Origin: Bacteroidota bacterium
GTDB taxonomy: Bacteria > Bacteroidota > Bacteroidia > Chitinophagales > LD1
Length of the DNA: 64,000 bases
Assembly (NCBI GenBank): GCA_025963485.1
Contig: JAOQAO010000074.1
Span: 7,222-71,221, forward strand
Direction of reading: 5' to 3'
Below the pieces are notes generated by a model. That model saw only the letters and a program-made list of their open reading frames with translations, ran no database searches and was not told the origin of the DNA. Each line of letters starts with the position of its first letter. Position 1 is the stretch's first letter. Shown here in pieces: positions 36,890-46,479 of this stretch. Position numbers and translations under genes: made by a program.

Positions 36890-37612
36890 TTACTTGCTAT
36901 TAAGCTTGATCTGCTGCTCGATGGTCTCCCTGTCAGTGAGGCCCATCTGGCGCCAGACCTCTTTACCATTCTTATAGAGGATCAGCAGCGGGATGCCGGT
37001 GATATGCATCGCATTGGAGACGGCCGGATTCTTATCGACATCTATTGGCAGCACTTCCATTTTGTCTTTGTGGTCACCCGCCAGTTTCTCTACTATAGGC
37101 TTGAGTAACTTGCAGGGACCACACCACACAGCGCTGAAATCGACGAGAACCAGTTTATCAGATTTAACCTTAGCCAGATAGGCATTCATGTCCAGGCCGG
37201 TATTGCCGGTTGTGCCTGCAGGGGCCTCTACAGGATTACCTGCATTGGTCCAGGCCAATATACCGCCATCGAGATTGACGACCTTATCATATCCCTTGCT
37301 GGATATCAGTGCCGATGCCTTTGAGCTCCTGCCGCCTGACAGGCAATAGATCAGCACGGGTTTGGTCTTATCCAGCTTCTCCATTTTGTCGATAAAACCA
37401 TCATCATTGAAGTTGATATTGACAGCATCCTTGAGGTGCTTCTCTGCATATTCCTCTGGAGTGCGCACATCTACGAGCTGCACATTGCCTTCGTTTATCT
37501 TTTTGGCAAAGTCCGCCACAGATACCGTCTGGTATTTTTGACCACCAAACAGATTGCAGGAAGAAAGAAGGAAGATAACTGAAAGACTCAGAAGGGCTTT
37601 AGTAAATGGCAT
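36890..37612 (-). CDS. Lipoprotein fusing a rhodanese domain with thioredoxin
   Basis: Lipobox LLSSC. The rhodanese part has LVDVRTPEEY...IYCLSGGRSSKA (active-site Cys loop), and the thioredoxin part has VDFSAVWCGPCKLL. Confidence 0.8.
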   Translation of the reverse strand: MPFTKALLSLSVIFLLSSCNLFGGQKYQTVSVADFAKKINEGNVQLVDVRTPEEYAEKHLKDAVNINFNDDGFIDKMEKLDKTKPVLIYCLSGGRSSKASALISSKGYDKVVNLDGGILAWTNAGNPVEAPAGTTGNTGLDMNAYLAKVKSDKLVLVDFSAVWCGPCKLLKPIVEKLAGDHKDKMEVLPIDVDKNPAVSNAMHITGIPLLILYKNGKEVWRQMGLTDRETIEQQIKLNSK

Positions 37613-37662
37613 TGTTGTTATTTTATGGCTCAAAAATACAATAGTCTGCCTAACAATGCAAA

Positions 37663-38436
37663 CTAAACGCTATCGCCCTCCAGCCAGTGCCTGAACTCCT
37701 GCGCCTTCTCACGACTTACGTCAATTATAGTTGCATCATGGCCTTTAGCTTTCACCTCGATCTTACCTGTGAAGTGTTTCTGCAGGCTCTCCACGGCACT
37801 TTTGCAGATAAGCGTCTGGCGATTGGCGCGAAAGAAGCTGACAGGATCGACCAGCTCTTCTATTTCATCTAGCGTGTTATAGTCGGTCACATACTTTTGT
37901 CCATCAGATGCGAGCAGGTAGATGATCTGATCCTTATAGAAGCAGCTGATCATATCTTTATGAATTGGAATATATCCGGATTTATGGTGTACGAGGAAAC
38001 GTTCCTTATGTGGGATAGCCTGCTTAGAGGTGAGTAGAGAGATGAGTTCCTTGATCTCCGGTTGTTTTGCATTATTATCTCCATATAGTTTATGGAACCT
38101 GTCAAGCGCCGCTTTGAGCTCCTTTTTATCGACAGGCTTGAGCAGATAGTCTATACCATTGTATTTGAAAGCGCGAATAGCATGCTCATTGTAAGCCGTC
38201 GTGAAGATGACCGGACGATCGATAGACGTCTGCGAGAAAATATCAAAGCTCACGCCATCACCCAGTTGGATATCCATAAAGATCAGGTCCGGCGCGGGGT
38301 TTGCCGCGAGCCACTTCACTGTGCCCTTCACAGTATCTGTCACTGCGAGGACTTCAGCCTCAGGGGCTACCTCTTTGAGCATCCGCTGCAGGTTCTTGGC
38401 TATGAGCGATTCATCTTCTACGATCAGGACTTTCAT
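37663..38436 (-). CDS. LytTR-family response regulator
   Basis: Receiver domain MKVLIVEDE...DLIFMDIQL with a C-terminal LytTR DNA-binding domain. Confidence 0.9.
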   Translation of the reverse strand: MKVLIVEDESLIAKNLQRMLKEVAPEAEVLAVTDTVKGTVKWLAANPAPDLIFMDIQLGDGVSFDIFSQTSIDRPVIFTTAYNEHAIRAFKYNGIDYLLKPVDKKELKAALDRFHKLYGDNNAKQPEIKELISLLTSKQAIPHKERFLVHHKSGYIPIHKDMISCFYKDQIIYLLASDGQKYVTDYNTLDEIEELVDPVSFFRANRQTLICKSAVESLQKHFTGKIEVKAKGHDATIIDVSREKAQEFRHWLEGDSV

Positions 38437-38447
38437 GTATGGGCTAT

Positions 38448-39449
38448 TTAGATCAATGGTATTTTGACGGAAAAACGGTCCTGTGTTTGCTCGATCATCA
38501 CTTCCTTTTCGATCAGGACCTTATAAAGGTTCTTGAGGTTCTCAAGTCCTTGCTTATTGGAAGTGTCAATGATCTGCTTCACCTGCAGGTTGTTTTGCAC
38601 TACAAGATAACCTGATTCATCATAAATATCAATCGTCAAAGGGCTATCGGTAGATGTGATATTATGCTTGATGGCATTCTCTATGAGTATCTGCAGGGTG
38701 ACCGGCAATATGTGCTGGTCCAGTGCTGCTTCACTAAGTTTGATATTCACATTCAGTCCCCCATCAAACCTTGAACTTAGCAACTGCACATAATGCGATA
38801 TGAAATTCACCTCTGTACTAAGGCTCACGACTGTCTTGTCCTTATTCTCCAATACATAGCGGTAAACCTTGGATAGCTGATGCAGAAACTCAGATGCCAG
38901 TTGGGGATTCTCAAAGATCAGTGAATTGAGCGATGTCAGTGAGTTGAAAAGGAAATGCGGATTGAGTTGGTTCTTGAGATTGTCATATTGCACGGTAGCC
39001 TTTTCCTTTTCCAGCACCTCCTTCTTCAGTTCCGTCTCTTTCCATTTATTGAAAAATCGGAAGCCAAACATAGTCAGCACTACTGTAGCGATAAAGAGGA
39101 TATGCGCTGCTGTAGCCACTATATATAGCTCCCGCGTGACTTTGACAGGCAGGTAGCTTTTAGTAAAATGAAAGATGAACTCGCGTAAGGTGAGAACAAT
39201 AACAAGTGAGATCGCAAACTGGATCACCAGGCGTAAGACAAGGCTACGCTCATAAGGATATAATCGGTCCAGCACCATATCTACCACACGCATAGAAAGC
39301 ATGATGACAATAAGGACGATAAACCCAAATATACTACCCTCTATCTGCCAGGCCATACTGAGGTTCGGAAACGTATACAGTTTCAGCACTGTAAAGAAGA
39401 TATACAGGCAGGCCATCGTAATAAAAAGTACCCTTGATTCCTTTTTCAT
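38448..39449 (-). CDS. Sensor histidine kinase (LytS/YehU-type His_kinase domain)
   Basis: 4 N-terminal TM helices, then NQLNPHFLFNSLTSLNSLI and an ATPase region. Its ATG overlaps the stop of the upstream ABC ATPase gene. Confidence 0.85.
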   Translation of the reverse strand: MKKESRVLFITMACLYIFFTVLKLYTFPNLSMAWQIEGSIFGFIVLIVIMLSMRVVDMVLDRLYPYERSLVLRLVIQFAISLVIVLTLREFIFHFTKSYLPVKVTRELYIVATAAHILFIATVVLTMFGFRFFNKWKETELKKEVLEKEKATVQYDNLKNQLNPHFLFNSLTSLNSLIFENPQLASEFLHQLSKVYRYVLENKDKTVVSLSTEVNFISHYVQLLSSRFDGGLNVNIKLSEAALDQHILPVTLQILIENAIKHNITSTDSPLTIDIYDESGYLVVQNNLQVKQIIDTSNKQGLENLKNLYKVLIEKEVMIEQTQDRFSVKIPLI

Positions 39450-40126
39450 TATTGGCTTATTATTTCTCCGTCTTTCATCTCTATAATACGGTCAGTCTTT
39501 TGCGCGAACTCAGGATCATGCGTGACAGCGATAATGGTCTGTCCCTTATTCTGAGCCAGGTCCTTCAATATTTCAAATACGATCTGGGTGTTTGCGGTAT
39601 CCAGGTTGCCCGTAGGCTCATCGCCCATGATCACCGTGGGATCATTGATCAGCGCGCGGGCTATGGCTACGCGCTGCGCCTGTCCCCCGGAGAGCTTACC
39701 GGACTGTTTGAGCGCAAAGTCCTGCATATCGAGCATTTTGAGCTTCTCATAGGCGCGGTCTTTGATCTCCGATTTGGAATACTTATTGAGCTTCTCAGCT
39801 GGCAACATGACATTTTTCAGCGCTGTAAACTCCGGCAGCAAAAAGTGGAACTGAAATACAAACCCGATGTGTTCATTGCGGAAAGCCGCCAGTGCGTTTT
39901 GTTTCTGCCCTGTCAGTCTATAATTATTGATCGTGATCTCTCCCTGATAGTCAGTGTCCATGGTGGAGAGCAGGTACAACAGAGTAGATTTGCCACAGCC
40001 CGATTTACCCACCAGCGACAGAAACTCACCACGCTTCACCTCAAAGCTGATATCCTTCAGCACATGAAACTCCGCCGGTTCGTAGAAGTATTTATTGACC
40101 TTCGATGCTTTTAATACTATGTCCAT
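39449..40126 (-). CDS. ABC transporter ATP-binding protein (MacB/LolD-type)
   Basis: Walker [10 protein letters not shown], signature LSGGQAQR and Walker [12 protein letters not shown]. Confidence 0.9.
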   Translation of the reverse strand: MDIVLKASKVNKYFYEPAEFHVLKDISFEVKRGEFLSLVGKSGCGKSTLLYLLSTMDTDYQGEITINNYRLTGQKQNALAAFRNEHIGFVFQFHFLLPEFTALKNVMLPAEKLNKYSKSEIKDRAYEKLKMLDMQDFALKQSGKLSGGQAQRVAIARALINDPTVIMGDEPTGNLDTANTQIVFEILKDLAQNKGQTIIAVTHDPEFAQKTDRIIEMKDGEIISQ

Positions 40127-40211
40127 ATTACTATTCCTTATGTATTTGACAGCGTCTGTAAATTATGGCTGTTCATTTTCAAATCTTCAAATTCTCAAAT
40201 TGCCGAATTAA

Positions 40212-41468
40212 CTATCCTCTCAAAATTGCTACCGGATCTATCTTACCCGCTTTTAGGCTTGGCATTAATCCCGCTATCAGTGTGGTCAACATCCCAAACA
40301 CGATCCCGAAAACATAATGTCTCAAGTGAAATGTAACAGGAAAACGGGTAATGCTGATAAATTCATTCTTAGGAAAAGGCAGGCTCCACACACCATATGA
40401 CATGGCATACCCCAGCGCCAGTCCCATCATCGCTCCAAAGAAGCCAATAGTCAAAGACTGGAACAAGAATATCTGCATAATGTCGCGTCCCGCGAAACCT
40501 TCAGCCTTGAGTATGGCAATATCCTTGAGCTTATTCTGTATCGTCATGTTCATGATATTGTAGATACCGAACCCCGCCACCACCAGCAGCGTAAAGCTGA
40601 TCACTAGCGTCATCATATTCCTGATCGTGATCGAGACCATCGCGGATGCATTTGCGACCTGCCAGTCTTCAGACTTGTAGCCATACTTCCTGGCGAAGAC
40701 AGCTGCCAGTGCTTTGGCTTGCGTATAGTCCTTCATTTTGACATTAATATCTGTTACATACTGGTTGTCCCTACCAAGCAATTGCTGCACATTTTTCAGG
40801 CTCACATAGCTCTTGACATTATCCAGCGAACCGATACCAAATTGAAAGGTCCCCACCACGCGAAAACTCATAGACGTCCCTTGCGGAGAGGCCAGCGTGA
40901 CCAGGTCGCCCACACTTGCATTGAGCTTGCTTGCAAGGCCTTGACCGATAAGAATGCCATTGTCGACTTTCAGCAGGTTCTCTATGGCACCTGTCTTCAT
41001 TTTCTCCGCCAGGTTAGTGAGTTTGGACTCCTCCATGATATTCACGCCGCTGAGCGTGCCGGGTATTTGCACAGGACCGTTATTATAAAACACCTGCGAT
41101 GACAACTGCGGTGACACCGCCATGATATTGTCAAAGGTCTTGATGTCGGCGATGATCTGCTTCGGATTGTGTACGTTTGGCGTGATGTCCTTTGGCTTTG
41201 GGTGATAGACGATATTCACTCCTTTGGTTGTATCATAGACCGCATCCAGTATCGAATGCGAGTAATCAGTCTTGATATCATTGTAGATATGAATATCCGG
41301 CGTGGAGGAAAGCAGCGTGTCCTCCAGGTACTCATTGAACCCATTCATAAAAGAGATCATCAGGATGTACATACCGATGCCAAAGGTCACACCCATCATG
41401 GCGATCAGTGTCTGCCGCTTTTTGGCGAGCAGGTGCGTACGCGCTATCTCTAAGTTTACTCCGATCAT
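40212..41468 (-). CDS. ABC transporter permease (FtsX/MacB-type)
   Basis: 418 aa with TM1, a large periplasmic domain and a C-terminal FtsX 3-TM bundle (ILKAEGFAGRDIM). Confidence 0.85.
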   Translation of the reverse strand: MIGVNLEIARTHLLAKKRQTLIAMMGVTFGIGMYILMISFMNGFNEYLEDTLLSSTPDIHIYNDIKTDYSHSILDAVYDTTKGVNIVYHPKPKDITPNVHNPKQIIADIKTFDNIMAVSPQLSSQVFYNNGPVQIPGTLSGVNIMEESKLTNLAEKMKTGAIENLLKVDNGILIGQGLASKLNASVGDLVTLASPQGTSMSFRVVGTFQFGIGSLDNVKSYVSLKNVQQLLGRDNQYVTDINVKMKDYTQAKALAAVFARKYGYKSEDWQVANASAMVSITIRNMMTLVISFTLLVVAGFGIYNIMNMTIQNKLKDIAILKAEGFAGRDIMQIFLFQSLTIGFFGAMMGLALGYAMSYGVWSLPFPKNEFISITRFPVTFHLRHYVFGIVFGMLTTLIAGLMPSLKAGKIDPVAILRG

Positions 41469-41497
41469 TTTATCTCATTTACTTTTCATCACCATTA

Positions 41498-42628
41498 TCA
41501 ATCCTTTGGCAATACGATCTCGTCCTGATCGGAGACCCCTTCGAGTACCTCTACGTCAGACATATTCACCAACCCTTTTTTGACCTTCACTGTCTTGGTA
41601 CTTCCCAGTGATTTCACCAGCACCTCATCCTTTGCAGTCACTGCCTGGCGTGGTAGTACGAGCGCATTCTCTTTGGTCGCCAAAACGATATTGGCCTCCA
41701 CAGATGCATTGATAAACTGCAATCCCGGATCATCAATGAAATCCGCATCTACCCGGAAAGACTGATTATTCGCATTCATATTCGGATAGATCTTAGTGAC
41801 CTTTGCCTTGTATACCTTATCAGATGCGATGTCCATTTTGACTACGACCTCCTGCCCTACTTTGACCTTGCCGATATCCTGCTGGTCTACCGCGAGCTGG
41901 AGGTATTTACTGCCGCTCTCTCCTATGAGGGCTACAGCATCATTGCGCTTCACTGCCTCGCCGAGTTCTTTATAAGTTTCATATACTCTTCCTTTGATCA
42001 GCGCCTTTAGCACATAGTTGGACAGGTCCTGGCCTGATGAGGCGACGAGGGCTTGCGCATTCTGTGCATCTACTTTGAGCTGCTGCCTGGTGCGCGTGTA
42101 GGTTTCCCTGGCAGATGCCAGGTTGTTTTTGGAAACTTCCAGCGCTGTCGAAGCCTGGTCCAGTTGGGTCCTGGACACAGCACCTGCATCGTACATGCTC
42201 TTCATGCGATTATAGGTGCTTTGATCATTGGCCAAAACCGTCTCTGCACTTTTGATCTTAATATCGAGGTCCTGGATTATCGGGGAATTATCCTGCGCAT
42301 TTTCTATCGCTAGTTTATAGGCAGATGAACTCGCCGTCAGCTTGGCACTGGACGCATCACTCTGGATCCGGTATAGCGCATCGCCTTCACCGACACTATC
42401 ACCGGCTACATGGTACTTGGCTAGTATATTGCCATCTGTGAGCGCATAGACCTTATACAGGTTTCGCGCAGCGACGAAGCCCGACGCATACACCGCTTCT
42501 GTGATCGTCTTATGCGTGGCGTGGATAGGCTTGGCCCTGTTGCAGCCACCCGCAGCCAGTGCCGTGATGAGGATCAAACCATAAACCATAGTTCTGCGGA
42601 AGGCCGCAGTTCTCTTATTTTTTATCAT
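41498..42628 (-). CDS. Efflux periplasmic adaptor (HlyD/MFP family) lipoprotein
   Basis: Start at MIKNKR with lipobox LAAGGC, then coiled-coil hairpin and beta-barrel regions. It overlaps the tolC-like stop by 14 nt. Confidence 0.85.
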   Translation of the reverse strand: MIKNKRTAAFRRTMVYGLILITALAAGGCNRAKPIHATHKTITEAVYASGFVAARNLYKVYALTDGNILAKYHVAGDSVGEGDALYRIQSDASSAKLTASSSAYKLAIENAQDNSPIIQDLDIKIKSAETVLANDQSTYNRMKSMYDAGAVSRTQLDQASTALEVSKNNLASARETYTRTRQQLKVDAQNAQALVASSGQDLSNYVLKALIKGRVYETYKELGEAVKRNDAVALIGESGSKYLQLAVDQQDIGKVKVGQEVVVKMDIASDKVYKAKVTKIYPNMNANNQSFRVDADFIDDPGLQFINASVEANIVLATKENALVLPRQAVTAKDEVLVKSLGSTKTVKVKKGLVNMSDVEVLEGVSDQDEIVLPKD

Positions 42629-43940
42629 AACTATTGATGAGTTTAATTTTGTATTGAGATGTGACGTAGTCTGCCTCCGCCTGTAGCATCTGCTGTTGCG
42701 AGGCGAGCATCTCATTCTGAACATTCACCAGATTGTCAAATGTCAGCGATTCATTCCTGTACTTGATGAGCGCGAGGTTGTAATTGCGGTCGGTCAGAGA
42801 CAGCTGCCTTTGCCTTGCCTTCAGGTCGCTCTTCGCTTTTACGAAGTCCAGCACGAGGTCCTGATCTTCTTTGGCAGTTTTCAGTTGTGTATTCTGCAGG
42901 TCGAGCGCTGCGATCTGGCGATTTAGCTTTGCCTTCTGTACAGAATAGTATTTGACACCTCCGGCAAAGACGGGCACATTCAGCGCTACGCCCAGCGCAC
43001 CACTCTGATACCATTGCTGTCCGCCATCAGAGAAACGGAAATTGTTGTTCTGGCCTATCACTCCATAGTTGGCAAAGGCTGTCAACTCCGGGACGAAACG
43101 CAGTTTTTCCCTGAGAATAGTCATTTCACTTATGTTAGACTTTAGCATACTTGTTTTCAATTCAGGCCTCGAAAATTGATTGACCGTGATAGCCTCTGCA
43201 AGAGGCATATCCTGAATCACCAGTTTATACTGTATCACCAATTTTTCACTTACGCCTATAGCGGCTAAAAGCTTCAGGGTATTAAGCGATTTCTCCAGCA
43301 GTATACGGCTCTGCTCCATTTGTGTTTGTGCCTGTAGCTCTGCCGACTTACTGCGATTGAGGTCGAGCTCATCTATATATTGATTATCAAACCGCACCTG
43401 AGTAATATGCAGCAGGGTATCGGCGTTACTTAGGTTATGCGCAGCAAAATCGTAGTTACTCTGATAGAGCAGATACAGGTAATAAGCTTGCGCAAGGGAT
43501 GTTTTGATCTGCTCGATATTCAGTTCTGTATTAGCCTGTGCCAGCTGCCTGTTCTTTTTTGCAATTGACAGCTGCTGATAGTTTGCGGCATTGACCAGGT
43601 TGAGATTGATATTTCCCGATGGGTTGAGACTATACTTGGTGCCAAACTGCAAAGGAATATAAGTGCCGGGAGGTCCCCCTCTCAGCTCCGCTGGCACCAG
43701 CGTAGTAGGCAGCAGGACATTGTCATTGATCGTAGCCTGCGCGTTGGCCGTTGGCAGCATTGGAGCGATGGCGGTATTGACATTTTGAGATTCCACCTTC
43801 TCATTGAGTATTGACTGCTGGATAGCAGGATTATGCTGCAGTGCATAGTCAGTGAACTGGTCAAGGCTCACAAACACCTGCTGCGCTGGCAGGCTGTATA
43901 GAGAGATGGTAAAGACGACGAAAAGAATCCACTTTGGCAT
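42615..43940 (-). CDS. TolC-family outer membrane efflux protein
   Basis: Start at MPKWILFVVFTISLYSLPAQQ (signal peptide), followed by two TolC-like repeat halves. Confidence 0.85.
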   Translation of the reverse strand: MPKWILFVVFTISLYSLPAQQVFVSLDQFTDYALQHNPAIQQSILNEKVESQNVNTAIAPMLPTANAQATINDNVLLPTTLVPAELRGGPPGTYIPLQFGTKYSLNPSGNINLNLVNAANYQQLSIAKKNRQLAQANTELNIEQIKTSLAQAYYLYLLYQSNYDFAAHNLSNADTLLHITQVRFDNQYIDELDLNRSKSAELQAQTQMEQSRILLEKSLNTLKLLAAIGVSEKLVIQYKLVIQDMPLAEAITVNQFSRPELKTSMLKSNISEMTILREKLRFVPELTAFANYGVIGQNNNFRFSDGGQQWYQSGALGVALNVPVFAGGVKYYSVQKAKLNRQIAALDLQNTQLKTAKEDQDLVLDFVKAKSDLKARQRQLSLTDRNYNLALIKYRNESLTFDNLVNVQNEMLASQQQMLQAEADYVTSQYKIKLINSYDKK

Positions 43941-44089
43941 GATCCGTATTTTGGGCTGCAAAGTAAATGCCAGTCCTATTAGTAACCAATGATATTTATC
44001 CGAAACAGATAAAAGCCTCTCCGAACGGTAAGAAGGCGCTATCAAATAGTATAGCGGTTATCTGCACTTCAGGGCTATTTCTTTGCTTT

Positions 44090-45010
44090 ATGAGAAATGT
44101 CATATATTTCTTTCATATTGCCTCATACACCATTATACCATCTATGGAAGCTGAAAATGAAATTACAACGAAAGTAACCCGCTTCATCACTCCGCATTTT
44201 CTTTCATTGTATTTTGGTTCGCTCATTCTCTGCCTATTGATATCTTATCATCCGGTACTATCGATACTGCCACATCCGGTCACAGCCAAAGGCACAGTCA
44301 CACAAAACAAGGTAAGATACACTTATGCGTACCGCACACGATATCACGGCAGGTCAAATATAGACATCATAGCGCCTGTCATAAACTTTGAGTACAACGG
44401 CGCTAAATATTCAATCCTCGGCGGAGGAGATGAGAGCTATACAGTAGGCCAGGAGGCTAAGGTGGTATTTAACGCCGCGAGTCCCGGCAAAGCTCTCCAG
44501 CTATCACCAATGGGGATGGTCGATTTCCCTGTTGCTAAAAATGCTTTTATTTTTTGGGTAGTAATTTCCGGGCTCATATTTGCCTTTGCATCTGCAGATG
44601 ACCACTTTACATTGCTCAACTTCAAGGTCCGGAAATTAACCCTTCCTTCTTTTATTTTGGTAGCAACGGTCATTATTTGCATGCCCTTCTTCAGGTATGC
44701 GGACCTTATATTATTTGGAACCAGGACGGATTGCATGGTCACTATCGACAGCGAATTCGTAGGGCATGACCTTTACCGCGTGATTACCTATCAGGCCCAT
44801 GGTGTTGAGTTTAAGACGTACAATGAATACCTGGACCAGGATGATGAAAATATCGGTAAGCATTTTCCGCTATTGTATCTAAGCAATAATCCGGAGAGAT
44901 CCACGGTATATACATTCAATGGCATGTACAACAATACTTGGTTCGTCATCGTCGTTATTTCGCTCATATTTCTCTGCGGCTGGTTCTATGCTTCCACCGG
45001 CAGTGACTAG
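44090..45010 (+). CDS. Hypothetical membrane protein with an internally duplicated TM-beta-TM module (DUF3592-like)
   Basis: Start chosen at MRNVIYFF because the longer ORF overlaps the tolC-like 5' end. There are two TM / ~80-aa beta-rich / TM units. Confidence 0.5.
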   Translation: MRNVIYFFHIASYTIIPSMEAENEITTKVTRFITPHFLSLYFGSLILCLLISYHPVLSILPHPVTAKGTVTQNKVRYTYAYRTRYHGRSNIDIIAPVINFEYNGAKYSILGGGDESYTVGQEAKVVFNAASPGKALQLSPMGMVDFPVAKNAFIFWVVISGLIFAFASADDHFTLLNFKVRKLTLPSFILVATVIICMPFFRYADLILFGTRTDCMVTIDSEFVGHDLYRVITYQAHGVEFKTYNEYLDQDDENIGKHFPLLYLSNNPERSTVYTFNGMYNNTWFVIVVISLIFLCGWFYASTGSD

Positions 45011-45048
45011 CAGTATTATGCTTTTCAAAAAAATCATAGATTTACTTT

Positions 45049-45696
45049 ATGAGAAAGATACTATCCCTTTTAGCATTCATCGCCATCGCTTGCTCCGCAT
45101 CAGCACAAACTCATGAAGCTGACATAGTGACCAATTATGGTACTATGCGTGTGATGCTCTACGACAGTACTCCGCAGCATCGTGACAACTTTATCAAACT
45201 GGTCAAAAATCATACTTATGACAGCCTGCTTTTCCATCGGGTTATCAGAGGCTTCATGATACAAGCCGGAGACCCCAACTCTAAACATGCCAATGACACC
45301 GCCATGCTCGGCGATGGCGACCTGGGCTACACCATACCTGCCGAGATCATGCCTGACAAATATTATCACAAAAGGGGCGCGCTCGCAGCTGCGCGGGACG
45401 ACAATCCAGCCAAAGCATCTTCAGCCTGCCAGTTTTATATCGTGCAAGGCAAAGTGGCCAATGACTCTACTTTCATCAAATCCAAAGCACGAACGGATGG
45501 CTATGAAACACCCGAGGCGCACAAAAAGGTCTACCGCACAGAAGGCGGCGTGCCGCATCTCGATTCGAGATATAGCGTATTCGGCGAGGTGATCAAAGGG
45601 ATTTATGTGATAGACAGGATCACTGATGAAGAAACAGATAAAAACGACCGCCCGAAGAAAGCTGTCCGCATTAAAACTGTGAAGATGGTGAAGTAA
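45049..45696 (+). CDS. Cyclophilin-type peptidyl-prolyl cis-trans isomerase (secreted)
   Basis: FHRVIRGFMIQAGDP and SACQFYIV, with a signal peptide. Confidence 0.9.
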   Translation: MRKILSLLAFIAIACSASAQTHEADIVTNYGTMRVMLYDSTPQHRDNFIKLVKNHTYDSLLFHRVIRGFMIQAGDPNSKHANDTAMLGDGDLGYTIPAEIMPDKYYHKRGALAAARDDNPAKASSACQFYIVQGKVANDSTFIKSKARTDGYETPEAHKKVYRTEGGVPHLDSRYSVFGEVIKGIYVIDRITDEETDKNDRPKKAVRIKTVKMVK

Positions 45697-45712
45697 TTTC
45701 TGCTCTTGGGAT

Positions 45713-45745
45713 AACCCTCAAAGGGTTTCCAACCCTTTGAGGGTT
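45713..45745. terminator. 15-bp-stem hairpin between convergent genes
   Basis: AACCCTCAAAGGGTT-TCC-AACCCTTTGAGGGTT. Each arm is itself partly self-complementary. Confidence 0.5.
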
Positions 45746-45758
45746 GAATCGATATAGC

Positions 45759-46391
45759 TCACGGATACCGCTCAAAGAAATGCCGCTCGTCTTCGGGTTC
45801 TTCTTTCTCTATATCCAGCAGCGGGCGCCTGTGGTAGTGCCTCAATATAAAAGACAACATCAGGCCTACCAGCGCTCCAAATACATGCGACTGCCATGAT
45901 ACTCCGTCCTGACTAAAAAAGCCTACGGCCATACCGCCATAGATCAGCGATACGAGCACCGCGATACCCAGTGATACAATATCGCGCCTGAAGAAACCCG
46001 AACCGACAAGGAAAGCTGCAATGCCATAAATAATACCGCTGATACCGATATGTATGGTATTGGTCGGTGCGTACATCCACACCAGAAACCCCGACATCAG
46101 GTGTATGGTGATCAGCACTACGAGGGCAAGCTCGCGATAGGCGCTGATGAGCACGAAGAACAGCACCATAAATGGGAGCGTATTGGAGAGGATGTGCCAG
46201 ATGTTCCGGTTGTCATGTATGAATGCGCTGAAAATGATGCCACGCAGGCCAATACCGCTGTGCGGTATGATGCCATACTGCGGCAGGTCCAGATGGAGAG
46301 TCACATCGAGTACCCACACGATCCAGAGGACCGCTGTGATCCCCAATGTGATCGCCAGATTGGTTAAGACTATATTTCTCTCACTCTTCAT
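45759..46391 (-). CDS. Rhomboid-family intramembrane serine protease
   Basis: 6 TM helices with GISGIIYG (GxSG) and a downstream His in SHVFGALVG. Confidence 0.8.
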   Translation of the reverse strand: MKSERNIVLTNLAITLGITAVLWIVWVLDVTLHLDLPQYGIIPHSGIGLRGIIFSAFIHDNRNIWHILSNTLPFMVLFFVLISAYRELALVVLITIHLMSGFLVWMYAPTNTIHIGISGIIYGIAAFLVGSGFFRRDIVSLGIAVLVSLIYGGMAVGFFSQDGVSWQSHVFGALVGLMLSFILRHYHRRPLLDIEKEEPEDERHFFERYP

Positions 46392-46479
46392 CTCCTCATG
46401 GATATTTGCCCTGCAATATGGAGAACGTATATTTATTTATACGCACATTCTATTTACATTCACTCAAAAATAGTTCCAA

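Noticed and set aside
39434-40114. 226-aa plus-strand ORF opposite the ABC ATPase gene
   Set aside because: It mirrors the complete, motif-bearing ATPase ORF on the minus strand. Antisense ORFs are a common artefact of ABC ATPase codon structure, and no motifs are present.
42629-44045. N-terminal extensions in the ORF track for the HlyD-like (to 42724) and TolC-like (to 44045) genes; similar cases at 2525, 6818, 8868, 16147, 21975, 22632, 27139, 27366, 34934, 50922, 58976 and 61616
   Set aside because: In each case an internal Met directly precedes a signal peptide, lipobox or conserved N-terminal motif. The extension overlaps the neighbouring gene or encodes Arg/Cys-rich junk, so I used the shorter starts.
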